Part shown: positions 19,644 through 28,007 of the stretch, piece after piece
Layout of the letters: each line of letters begins with the position of its first letter
Position numbering within the stretch: the stretch's first letter is position 1
DNA from: a candidate division WWE3 bacterium
GTDB lineage: Bacteria; Patescibacteriota; WWE3; 2-01-FULL-39-13
Direction of reading: 5' to 3'
Length of the DNA stretch: 64,000 bases
NCBI GenBank assembly: GCA_943354835.1
Contig: CALRDH010000001.1
Coordinates: 255,298-319,297 of the forward strand
Notes under the pieces: generated by a model
The model's input: the letters and a program-made list of their open reading frames with translations, nothing else
Database searches by the model: none
What the model was told of the DNA's origin: nothing
Position numbers and translations under genes: made by a program

Positions 19644-20029
19644 TGACGCCAATCAATTTTAATTTAGAAACCGTTTTAATAGTTGTAATTTCACTTATTA
19701 CATTAAATTTGCTTTTTATTGGATTTTATATCGCAAGCGTTTTGCGTGAAGTTAAAAAAACGATTCGTAAAGCAGGGGACGTAATAGATGAAGTCGATCA
19801 AACAGTAAAAGATGGAATCGAAAAAGTAAGCGCCATGGAAAAACCACTACAAGCACTTGCAATGACAACAGCAGCCTTTGGAGGAATCATAAAAACCGCA
19901 GGAGCCATAAGAAATGCAACTCAAACAATAATGGGATCAAATGCAGAAGTCGTTTCGGATGTAAAGTCAGAAACCACGCCCGCCAAAAAACCAGCCAAAA
20001 AACCAAAATTTTTTAAGAAGGGGAAATAG
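19643..20029 (+). CDS. Small membrane protein with lysine-rich tail, hypothetical
   Basis: One TM helix, C-terminal KKPAKKPKFFKKGK. Confidence 0.35.
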   Translation: MTPINFNLETVLIVVISLITLNLLFIGFYIASVLREVKKTIRKAGDVIDEVDQTVKDGIEKVSAMEKPLQALAMTTAAFGGIIKTAGAIRNATQTIMGSNAEVVSDVKSETTPAKKPAKKPKFFKKGK

Positions 20030-20303
20030 ATTTGATGCTAGTTTTTTCTGCCCTGGTTTTAGCATATTCATTATCAGAATATGGGTCCATAACAGTAAAA
20101 AAACTTTTTCCTGTTATCTGTGTATATAGTTTTGCGAATCCGGTTACTGTTTTTCCGTTAATTTTATATTCTTCATAAAGGTTTCCTGTGTATGCAGTTC
20201 CAAAAACTGATCTTAGTGCATCTACTTTAGTACATCCTGAGGCAATAATTTCATTAAACATAATGTCTAATTGCTTTACTCCATATTTGTACCCATTACC
20301 CAT
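20013..20303 (-). CDS. Hypothetical protein, possibly a detached C-terminal part of the upstream HExxH gene
   Basis: Follows the previous ORF after a 53-nt gap in a different frame. Confidence 0.3.
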   Translation of the reverse strand: MGNGYKYGVKQLDIMFNEIIASGCTKVDALRSVFGTAYTGNLYEEYKINGKTVTGFAKLYTQITGKSFFTVMDPYSDNEYAKTRAEKTSIKSISPS

Positions 20304-20356
20304 AAATGTAACTGGCGACTTTGTCCTAGTCCTAGGTATTCCTACTGCAGTGTAAT

Positions 20357-21142
20357 CTACAAAAAACCGTATTGTCTTCTAGAATTTTCAAATACAGTAT
20401 GTTTGTAGTGTCCTTCTTCATGTGCGATTACTTCTCCTAGTGATTGTATGTATTTATAATTTACTGATTTTGGCTGATAACTGTATTTTTCACGAGTTGA
20501 TGCAAGCAAAATGTTTGGATTAATCAATATATTTAATAGATTGTTTTGTGTATCTGATTTAGATAATCCTGCAAAGTCAATTACATCTGTAAAAATCATT
20601 ATTCTGGACTTGTCGTGCCTTGTTGTAAGTGGCGTTTCGAATAGTTCGTTTTCTATTTCCCAACGTGTCTGCTGAAGTTGTAATGCTGCATTTTCTGCTT
20701 GTGCTAGTCCGTTAAGGTAGATCGACTCACGTGAGTTTTCTCCTGTTCCGCTTAGTAGCGAGGGGTCGATTGACTGTGATGTGCAAAATGCATCAACTCC
20801 TAAACAATAATTTTTTAATGCGAGATAATATCGTTGTTTGGGATAAGACATTTCTTTAAATGTTGTTTTTTCATCATCATTTTTTATTAAACGCTCGTAT
20901 ATAAAGACAAAAAAACTTTGGTCGATATCATTAATTATTTTTGATATATGTGGAGAAAAAGAATCTTTGCCATAAAGGATTTCTTCGTTTGTTAACCATG
21001 GATAATCATATTGCAAAATTTGTAGTATTTCGGCTAAATCTTTAGGACGATTTATCTCATTAAGTTCGGGTTGACTATCAGGGTGGTCAAAATTTTCTGG
21101 GAGAAGTGTAGATATTGCAGTGGTAGGATAGTTGGGATACAT
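20357..21142 (-). CDS. Hypothetical protein with HExxH motif (possible zinc metallopeptidase)
   Basis: C-terminal …VIAHEEGHYKH. No further family signal. Confidence 0.4.
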   Translation of the reverse strand: MYPNYPTTAISTLLPENFDHPDSQPELNEINRPKDLAEILQILQYDYPWLTNEEILYGKDSFSPHISKIINDIDQSFFVFIYERLIKNDDEKTTFKEMSYPKQRYYLALKNYCLGVDAFCTSQSIDPSLLSGTGENSRESIYLNGLAQAENAALQLQQTRWEIENELFETPLTTRHDKSRIMIFTDVIDFAGLSKSDTQNNLLNILINPNILLASTREKYSYQPKSVNYKYIQSLGEVIAHEEGHYKHTVFENSRRQYGFL

Positions 21143-21206
21143 ATTTCATTTCATTTTATCATTTTTACAAATTGTGTTTTTAGTTGTGTAATGCTATTGT
21201 GTATGC

Positions 21207-21455
21207 ATGCTTATTAGAACTCAGTTAATGTTAGATAAAGGAATAAAGGCTGATTTGGAGGTTTTGTCTAAAGCTTCAGGGAAGTCTTATTCTGAATTGG
21301 TTCGTGTTTTTTTAAGAGAAATGATTGAAAAAGAGAAGGTTAAGAAAAACGCTCGATTAACTGGAAGGCAGTTGGCATTAAAAGCGAAAAAGTTTGCAGT
21401 TAAGGGTGTTGCGACCACTGTTGAGTTGCAGGATGAATATATATATGGAGTGTGA
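21207..21455 (+). CDS. Ribbon-helix-helix (CopG/VapB-like) antitoxin
   Basis: Short basic N-terminal strand plus helices (…SYSELVRVFLREMIEKE…). Immediately precedes a PIN gene. Confidence 0.5.
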   Translation: MLIRTQLMLDKGIKADLEVLSKASGKSYSELVRVFLREMIEKEKVKKNARLTGRQLALKAKKFAVKGVATTVELQDEYIYGV

Positions 21456-21461
21456 AGTCAA

Positions 21462-21854
21462 ATGAAAATTTTTATTGATACATCAGCCTTATATGCTATG
21501 TACAATATTTCTGACCCTTTGCACGAGAAATCTATTGTTTCACTCGATAATATACCAGATGAAGCGGAATTAATTACAAGCTCGAATGTAGTTGGTGAAA
21601 CCATATCTTTACTTTCTATGAGACTTTCTAAAAATGATGCTTTATCGTTTTATAACGAAGTTTTATTTGGAATTGAAACAGTAATTGTTGATTTAGAGAT
21701 ATTCAATGATGCTATTGCTCTTTTTAAAAAGATCAAATCGAAAAATGTTTCGTTCGTTGATTGTACAAGCTTTGTGATTTGCAAAAATCAAAAAATTGAT
21801 TTTGTATTTACCTTTGACAAGCACTTCGGAAAACAGGGGATTAAGGTTCTTTAG
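21462..21854 (+). CDS. PIN-domain toxin (VapC-like)
   Basis: MKIFIDTSALYAM N-terminal PIN motif. Confidence 0.65.
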   Translation: MKIFIDTSALYAMYNISDPLHEKSIVSLDNIPDEAELITSSNVVGETISLLSMRLSKNDALSFYNEVLFGIETVIVDLEIFNDAIALFKKIKSKNVSFVDCTSFVICKNQKIDFVFTFDKHFGKQGIKVL

Positions 21855-22116
21855 TTTTTGGACGTACTTTTTGTGGTTTTTCTAAGGTTGGAAAAACATA
21901 AAAGTCTTAGGCATGAGTTGATTTGAGGTGAATGAGTGCTTGCTTGTATAGCTATTTGCTATAATTCCGACATGGATTATTCAATCAAAACTATATCGCC
22001 GACTGTTCACCCAGAGAGTCTAGCCTGCCCCAATGACGTAAGAATTATTGAATTTTCTAAGTTAGAGAATATATAGTGACGAGGGATCTAGCGCGCTAAT
22101 ATATATATATCCAACA

Positions 22117-22587
22117 GTGCCAGGTATTGTATATAAGGTCTATAAGGCAGATAGTGAATTCGAGGATTTTATGCGTGTTGGTAGATTAGAAATGGAATTA
22201 GAGGAAATACAAATGGCAATGCGTCTTAGCAAAAAAATGTTGGCTCCTCATTTCTATGGTGTCGTTGCATCGACTGATGGTCGTTTGGGTTTTGCGATGG
22301 AGAGAGTTAATCTATTTCAATTTGACGAACTTCCAGAAGACGTATTAAGAACATACAACGATAGGATTAGGCAATATAGAGATTATTTATGGCAAGAAGG
22401 TTTTACTTGCGGTGGGGATATAGAATTGGTCGGTCGTTTAAATGATACAGGCTCGATTCCTGAACCAGATAATGTCGAGATATTACTCGTTGACTTGTCA
22501 TCTGTAAGTCGAACTTCGGGTCTTAATGATGTAGAGTTGGCAAGGAAGACGCATTTGGATACGTTCAATTCACGTTACATTAAGTAG
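22117..22587 (+). CDS. Hypothetical protein; start uncertain (GTG at 22117 or ATG at 22171)
   Basis: ORF only. Follows a 260-nt intergenic region. Confidence 0.35.
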   Translation: MPGIVYKVYKADSEFEDFMRVGRLEMELEEIQMAMRLSKKMLAPHFYGVVASTDGRLGFAMERVNLFQFDELPEDVLRTYNDRIRQYRDYLWQEGFTCGGDIELVGRLNDTGSIPEPDNVEILLVDLSSVSRTSGLNDVELARKTHLDTFNSRYIK

Positions 22588-22599
22588 ATTCGATTTTTA

Positions 22600-24384
22600 T
22601 TAAGACACCATTGCAAGGAGTTTAGCTTCGGTTATCACTTTGATGCCTAGCTTTTTTGCTTTTTCTAGTTTTGAGCCGGCGTTTTCGCCGGCGATTAGGT
22701 AGTTTGTGTTTTTGGTTAGGGCGGCGGCGTACTCGCCGCCGCCTTGTTCTATTATTTCTATTAGTTCTTCACGTGAGTATTTTTGTTTTTTACCCGTTAT
22801 GCAAAAGGTGAGTCCTGCAAGTTTTGCGGATGTTAGTTCCTTTTTAAAACTTAGGCCTTTTCTAAATAAGCTTTCCGCTATTTGCCATTTTTCTTTTATG
22901 TCTTGAATAAAACTTTCCGCTTTGTTTGGGCCGATTCCTTTAATATCTTGAAGATCTTCTTTTGTGAGAAGGTTGAGCTTCTCGATTCCGTATTTCTTTA
23001 TTATCCATTTGCTTGAAGCCCTTCCAATATCCTTAACTCCAAGCGCTTCAAGAAGTTCGAATTCAGTAATTGTTTTATCTAGTGTTTTTTGAATTCCTGA
23101 CACAATGTTGCTTGCACTTTTATCTCCAAATCCATCAAGTGGAGCTATTTGTTCTACTTTTAGATTGTAAAAATCGATAGGGGAAGTTATTTCAAATACA
23201 TCCATAAATTTCTCAATTGTTTTAAGTCCAAGCTCTTGTACGTTTAGTGCCTTAAAAAAATGCTCTATTTCCTGAGATTTCCTTGCAGGACATTTTTGAT
23301 TAATGCATTCAAGATATTTGCCATTTCTTGTTATTTTTGATTTACATATTGGGCATACGTTTGGTATCAAAAATGGAGAATCCGAAGCCTTAACGTTTGT
23401 AATAAAAGGGATGACTTCTCCTGATCTACAAACTTCGACATCAGATCCAATTCCGATTTTTGTTTTTTCAACAAAATCGATATTGTGCAACGTAACATTT
23501 TTTATTGTGGCACCGCTTAAATCGATAGGTGTTATCACTGCAACGTTTGTAATGCGACCTGTTCTTCCGACTTGGCTTTTAATATCCAAAACTTTGCTCC
23601 ACTTTCTTTCAGCGGGTAATTTGTATGCAACCTGCCACTTTTCATGATGTTCGGTTGCTTCAAACTTATCTCTGATTTTATTATCAGCAACTTTTATGAC
23701 GACTCCATCAAGAGGGTAGTCAACTTGAAGTGTTTCTTCCAGAATTCCTTCCCATTCATCTTTGTCCAAAAGGCTATCGATACTAACAGTTTTTGAGTTC
23801 GCCTCATCATAAATAATAAAGTGAACGCCTTTATCCATAAGAGCTTTTATGCCGGATTCACTGACTTTTTTCGATTTAATAATTCCGACAACTGCATTGC
23901 GTGGATTTTTGTATTCCTTAGCAAGATTTTTATTAAAATATGATAGGGGAATTATGATTTCGCCTAAAACAGCTTCGCTTTTTTTTGGTAATTTGCCGAT
24001 TATGTTTAGGTCCTTAAGTCTTTTAGAAATATCTTCTCCGACAAGTCCATTTCCACGAGTAGACAGAACGCCGTTTTGATATTTTGCCGCCATGCCGTCA
24101 TATTTAGGTTCAATAATGTATTTTTTATCGCCTGTCGAAATAAGCCATTTTTGAATTTCCTCATATGAATATCTTTTTTCTATCGAAAGCATAGGCTTTT
24201 CATGAGTTACATCTCCAATTTCACCGACTAACTCAAAAAGAGTAGGGTTTGAAGGGTCAAGCTTTCTTAATCCTTCGACTAATTGGTCAAATTCTTGATC
24301 GCTAATTTGTGGATTATTGTTGATAAAATATAGCTTATTGTGAAGTTTTATTTCTTTTTCGAGAGTTTGAATATTTTTTTGCAT
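22600..24384 (-). CDS. ligA: NAD-dependent DNA ligase
   Basis: KYDG adenylation motif (IIEPKYDGMAAKY), Cys4 zinc finger (CPICKS…CINQKCPARK), HhH region, C-terminal BRCT (LAGLTFCITGK). Start trimmed to MQKNIQTLEKEI… at 24384 (LigA-like N-terminus). Confidence 0.9.
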   Translation of the reverse strand: MQKNIQTLEKEIKLHNKLYFINNNPQISDQEFDQLVEGLRKLDPSNPTLFELVGEIGDVTHEKPMLSIEKRYSYEEIQKWLISTGDKKYIIEPKYDGMAAKYQNGVLSTRGNGLVGEDISKRLKDLNIIGKLPKKSEAVLGEIIIPLSYFNKNLAKEYKNPRNAVVGIIKSKKVSESGIKALMDKGVHFIIYDEANSKTVSIDSLLDKDEWEGILEETLQVDYPLDGVVIKVADNKIRDKFEATEHHEKWQVAYKLPAERKWSKVLDIKSQVGRTGRITNVAVITPIDLSGATIKNVTLHNIDFVEKTKIGIGSDVEVCRSGEVIPFITNVKASDSPFLIPNVCPICKSKITRNGKYLECINQKCPARKSQEIEHFFKALNVQELGLKTIEKFMDVFEITSPIDFYNLKVEQIAPLDGFGDKSASNIVSGIQKTLDKTITEFELLEALGVKDIGRASSKWIIKKYGIEKLNLLTKEDLQDIKGIGPNKAESFIQDIKEKWQIAESLFRKGLSFKKELTSAKLAGLTFCITGKKQKYSREELIEIIEQGGGEYAAALTKNTNYLIAGENAGSKLEKAKKLGIKVITEAKLLAMVS

Positions 24385-24426
24385 TACCTGGAAATTATAC
24401 AGATAATATAATTGACATGATAGTGT

Positions 24427-24442
24427 ACAAGTGTACACTTGT
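24427..24442. promoter_or_regulatory. Perfect 16-bp palindrome ACAAGTGTACACTTGT between divergent ligA and the antitoxin/PIN operon; probable operator
   Basis: Exact inverted repeat read from sequence, just upstream of the antitoxin start. Confidence 0.45.
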
Positions 24443-24445
24443 GTT

Positions 24446-24745
24446 ATGGGAAAAATTAATACAGGTGAAAAAATAATCGGTAAAACATATGCAAGATATA
24501 ACTGGGCTTCTATAGTCAAGGAGGCCTCTGAAGGTCAAGTTTTTTACTTAACTGATAGAGATAAATCTTCTGATGTTGTCATTACATCTGTCAAAAATTT
24601 TGAAAAAGCAAAAGGCGAAAAAAAATCTTTTTCGATAGAAAATTACGAGATCTTTGGCGCATTTGCTGATAGAACAGAAATGAAAGATTCTGTTGATTGG
24701 GTAAGGAAAAGAAGATCAGCACGAAGGGAACGAGTGTATGAATAA
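24446..24745 (+). CDS. Phd/YefM-type antitoxin
   Basis: …YNWASIVKEASEGQVFYLTDRDKSSDVVITSVKNFE… Overlaps downstream PIN gene by 8 nt. ORF-track start 24431 is GTG; ATG at 24446 preferred. Confidence 0.5.
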   Translation: MGKINTGEKIIGKTYARYNWASIVKEASEGQVFYLTDRDKSSDVVITSVKNFEKAKGEKKSFSIENYEIFGAFADRTEMKDSVDWVRKRRSARRERVYE

Positions 24746-25121
24746 ACTGTTGCTGTTAGATACTAATATTATTATTGATGCTTTAAGAAAATATTCAAGT
24801 GCAGTTGAATATATAAATTCTTTACAAGGAGAAGTTTCTATTTCTATTGTTTCAGCTGTCGAGCTTATCTATGGAACAAAAAACTTGAAAGAACAACGAG
24901 ATATGGAAGACTTCTTAGCAGATTTGAATGTGATTCATATAGATGAAAAGATTAGTAGGTTTGCGTATCTATTAATAATAGAAAATAGGTTAAAAGAAGG
25001 TATTGAATTTGATGATGCTATTATCGCTGCAACAGCGGTTGTTTTTGGATACACGTTTGTATCAAGGGACATAAAACACTTTAAGAAAATTCCTGGATTA
25101 AAGCTTAGCGTGCCTTATTAG
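24738..25121 (+). CDS. PIN-domain toxin (VapC-like)
   Basis: LLLLDTNIIIDAL N-terminal PIN motif. Confidence 0.7.
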   Translation: MNKLLLLDTNIIIDALRKYSSAVEYINSLQGEVSISIVSAVELIYGTKNLKEQRDMEDFLADLNVIHIDEKISRFAYLLIIENRLKEGIEFDDAIIAATAVVFGYTFVSRDIKHFKKIPGLKLSVPY

Positions 25122-25127
25122 CTTCTT

Positions 25128-26021
25128 TTAGGATTTACTGCTTTTAATTTGTTCCCATTTTCCCTTTGAGTAGCTTTTTTTATGATGTTGAATATAAATT
25201 AATATCCAAAGGTGAAGTCGTAATAGATAAATTCCGAGTAGGAAGAAGTATTCTTTTGGTGTCTTGGCGAATTTTATCGGTATAAGTGCATTTTGAAGAT
25301 CTTCGAAGATACTTCTTTGGTTTTTGATTTGAATATTTCCACCAAGTGATCTTTTCTTTTGATTGATCCAATCTTTTAGATTTTTCGGAAATTTTACGTA
25401 GGCAAGTGCATTTGTTGCATAGTTTATTTTGTATCCCATTCCAGCTATTTTTTTAGAGATATACGCATCTTCTGCACGGATTTCTGTGGGAAGTGGAAAG
25501 AGCTTTGCTACTGCATTCGTCATTTTTATAGCGTATAAATAGCCACTCATAGGGGACGAGGGTGATGCGGGCCAGGCCGCAGAGGGCCTGGCCCGCATAG
25601 TATGCGCACCAAAGCAGAACAGGTGAGAAGTAAATCCCCAGAAGGTATTTCTATCATCAAGCGATACTGGATGTCCTGAAACACCGGTCACTTTTTCATC
25701 CGTAAAGCCTTCAATCAAAAGGGAAATGGCATTATCAGATATGTACATGTCTCCATCGGTAAAAATTATAATTTCACCTTTCGCATAGGGGATAGCTGTA
25801 TTTATAGCGTTTGGTTTTCCAATTCCAGCGTCCTTTATGATTTTAGATTCTTTTAATTGTTGATGTTTTGCGATTTCATCTTTCGCGATTTCGATTGTTT
25901 TTTGATCAGGTGCGACGACTAAAAGTTGAAGATTATTTACATTATTTTTTGCAATTTGAGAAATCGCTTTTGCGATAGATCTGTGTTCATCATATGAAGT
26001 CAATATAATAGAAACGTTCAT
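25128..26021 (-). CDS. Family 2 glycosyltransferase
   Basis: N-terminal VSIILTSYDE and IIFTDGDMY (DxD). Contains an in-frame GC-rich palindromic insert at 25567-25596. Confidence 0.75.
   Translation of the reverse strand: MNVSIILTSYDEHRSIAKAISQIAKNNVNNLQLLVVAPDQKTIEIAKDEIAKHQQLKESKIIKDAGIGKPNAINTAIPYAKGEIIIFTDGDMYISDNAISLLIEGFTDEKVTGVSGHPVSLDDRNTFWGFTSHLFCFGAHTMRARPSAAWPASPSSPMSGYLYAIKMTNAVAKLFPLPTEIRAEDAYISKKIAGMGYKINYATNALAYVKFPKNLKDWINQKKRSLGGNIQIKNQRSIFEDLQNALIPIKFAKTPKEYFFLLGIYLLRLHLWILIYIQHHKKSYSKGKWEQIKSSKS
25567..25596. repeat. GC-rich perfect hairpin GCGGGCCAGGCC-GCAGAG-GGCCTGGCCCGC inside the GT2 coding sequence
   Basis: 12-bp perfect inverted repeat in a ~60-nt island of >70% GC. 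Encodes low-complexity ARPSAAWPASPSSP. Confidence 0.6.
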
Positions 26022-26065
26022 GTTTATATTTTAGAGTAAATCTCTTTGTGATACTATAGCTATAG

Positions 26066-26263
26066 ATGGAAAACTACGATGAATTCAGTGAAACCAGCAG
26101 AAGTAGCATGCTGGCTTCTATACGCTCCTCTGTGATTTTGATAGCTGGAGTAGGCCTTTTTATACTTTTGGTTTTTGTTTTTATCAACATGGTCACGTCG
26201 TGGTCACAAAAACTTGGAACTAATGTTCCTTCCGATCCTGCGGTTTCTTCGGTTGCAAAGTAA
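26066..26263 (+). CDS. Small membrane protein, hypothetical
   Basis: 65-aa ORF with one TM helix. Weak. Confidence 0.25.
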   Translation: MENYDEFSETSRSSMLASIRSSVILIAGVGLFILLVFVFINMVTSWSQKLGTNVPSDPAVSSVAK

Positions 26264-26281
26264 TAAAGTAATTTCATGAAA

Positions 26282-26310
26282 TTTGACAATGTACGTTTGT
26301 TTTTATAGAA
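26282..26310 (+). promoter_or_regulatory. Sigma-70-type promoter (TTGACA, 17 nt, TAGAAT) driving the leader RNA
   Basis: Near-consensus -35 and -10 hexamers with 17-nt spacer. Confidence 0.55.
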
Positions 26311-26319
26311 TCTCCCTTG

Positions 26320-26650
26320 TTTGATAAAGCGTTAATGAAGGAATAGTACATTTGGTTTGTTATCTTTAGCGAAAAGGGGACGGTGTAAGCCCTTGATAAT
26401 ATCCACTTGGAACACGCCTTCGAGCCTAATTTATTTAGCGCGCAGTTAAGAGAAAAGCATTTGCAAAATGCATAATCTTAAACGGAAGCAAACCGTAAAA
26501 TATAGCACCCAGTGTCGGTAAGTTTTTTACCAGAGCCGGGATAAAGTGCCATTTCGCATAAAGCGATTTGGAACAGAGATGGGACCGCGAAGACTTTTTA
26601 TTAAGCCCTCGTTCTCTGATTAAGTAATTAATTAGAGACGAGGGCTTTTT
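26320..26650 (+). ncRNA. Probable T-box riboswitch leader (tRNA-sensing antiterminator), candidate tRNA-His specificity
   Basis: T-box-like core AGAGAUGGGACCGCGAAG at 26574-26591. Antiterminator reconstruction: A1 GAGA(26575-78)/UCUC(26611-14), 7-nt bulge UGGGACC, A2 GCGA(26586-89)/UCGU(26607-10). Competing terminator 26601-26650. AGAGA and hairpin GCAUUUGCAAAAUGC upstream. hisS is in the downstream gene string. Confidence 0.45.
26601..26650 (+). terminator. Rho-independent terminator of the leader (AAGCCCUCGUUCUCU…AGAGACGAGGGCUU plus U6)
   Basis: 14-bp stem with one bulge followed by TTTTTT. Confidence 0.7.
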
Positions 26651-26696
26651 TGTTGGTATAAATCACTTAAAACCCAAAAATCTATGAAAGTTAGCT

Positions 26697-27509
26697 ATGA
26701 GAGGCGGAATAGTTATTGATCGAATACCATATAGTGAAGACTTTGATTTTGTCAGTGAATCAATGTGGTCTAAGCTGCCAGTTATTGATGCTTGTTTGCT
26801 AAACCAACGTATGGAGCAGGCTTATATGTCAGATCAGCCGGTCAATTTCGGTGTAATTTCTTGTATGCCTAATTTGGAGCTTACGTCAACTGGGCCAAGA
26901 GATCTGACATATTCTTATGGTCCATACGGGCTTAAATCAGCAGTTGATTATAAGGCCTCTGAATTAGCAACGTGGAAAAGCTGTGTTTCGTTTGCTTTTA
27001 GTATAGATGTTAATTTAACATGTTTAGTTGCAGATACTGAGGCACGTGTTAAATCTGATGGGCTTTTGTTTCCAAGTACAAAGACCGCAGTATCAAGGGT
27101 TGCTGATAAGGTTGTGAATAGAGTTTCAAAGGTTTTTCCTGGAAACGTCCTTAAAAGGTCTTCTGTATTTCCGGTTTCCGATCCAATTTATCGAAGATAT
27201 TTCAGGCGTACATTTTTGGAAATATATAATGAAATAGTTTTAAATGATCCACTAAATAATCCTAGGGTTACAAGTAGGCTTTCTACAATGCTTGAGTTGG
27301 GATTGGATTATGATTTTGCATATGAGAGATCTTTGAGAGACCTTGCATTACAAGATGCCGAATATGCAATGGAAGGAGCATGGATTGCTTACAGAAGTGG
27401 ATGGACTGGTCTTTTGATAATTGATAATTATCCATTAAGTGCGGCAAAAAGGACATCGCGTTTAGCAGGTATGCCAATTATTTTTCCAGTAAAATATGAC
27501 AAATTTTAA
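26697..27509 (+). CDS. Hypothetical protein, first gene downstream of the T-box-like leader
   Basis: 270-aa ORF with no recognisable motif. Confidence 0.4.
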   Translation: MRGGIVIDRIPYSEDFDFVSESMWSKLPVIDACLLNQRMEQAYMSDQPVNFGVISCMPNLELTSTGPRDLTYSYGPYGLKSAVDYKASELATWKSCVSFAFSIDVNLTCLVADTEARVKSDGLLFPSTKTAVSRVADKVVNRVSKVFPGNVLKRSSVFPVSDPIYRRYFRRTFLEIYNEIVLNDPLNNPRVTSRLSTMLELGLDYDFAYERSLRDLALQDAEYAMEGAWIAYRSGWTGLLIIDNYPLSAAKRTSRLAGMPIIFPVKYDKF

Positions 27510-27984
27510 ATGGACGATATTTAAGATGGAGAGGCAAGAAGACGGTGCATACTTATTTGATTTATCTATTGATGAACGTTGGATCGAAAAACAAAGAAGC
27601 TACCTTATTGCTGAAACGTTTCCCACTTTGATTGTTTTTGCTGATGTTTTTGCGAAATATGTTTATAGGTGTGATTTTCCTATAGATGTGAGAAGTGAGT
27701 ATCTAAATTCAATTAAGAAACCATTACAAGCGAATAAGAATTTGATTGATGTATGTTTCGAGTCGGATTTAATTAATGATGTTTGGAGCATATCTGATTT
27801 CATTCGCGCATGTGATTCCGAAACATTCAAACAAGATGAAATACTTGCAGAATCTATAAAAAGGAAGTCACTGTATAACTACGCAGGTTATCCAATTTCT
27901 TCCAAAGAGCTATTTAATATATCTAAGAAAGCTTTAGCTTGTCTAAACGTAGAGGGATTATTAGAGAAACGATTTAGTGTATAG
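27496..27984 (+). CDS. Hypothetical protein
   Basis: 162-aa ORF overlapping the previous by 14 nt. No motif. Confidence 0.4.
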   Translation: MTNFKWTIFKMERQEDGAYLFDLSIDERWIEKQRSYLIAETFPTLIVFADVFAKYVYRCDFPIDVRSEYLNSIKKPLQANKNLIDVCFESDLINDVWSISDFIRACDSETFKQDEILAESIKRKSLYNYAGYPISSKELFNISKKALACLNVEGLLEKRFSV

Positions 27985-28007
27985 TTATTTAAAAGGTAAC
28001 CATTATT

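Noticed and set aside
24385-24519. N-terminal 45-aa extension of ligA ORF (start 24519)
   Set aside because: The LigA-like N-terminus (MQKNIQTLEKEIKLHNKLYF…) starts at ATG 24384. The extension is hydrophobic junk overlapping the divergent promoter/operator region.
26320-26650. Alternative identities for the structured RNA (RNase P RNA, tmRNA, SRP RNA, 6S)
   Set aside because: No P4 motifs (AGGAAAGUCCGGGCUC / ACAGAANCCGGCUUA). No tRNA-like 3' end with CCA or tag-peptide frame ending in hydrophobic residues. No SRP AGGAAGCAGC motif. The antiterminator/terminator geometry fits a T-box better, but only a covariance-model search can settle it.
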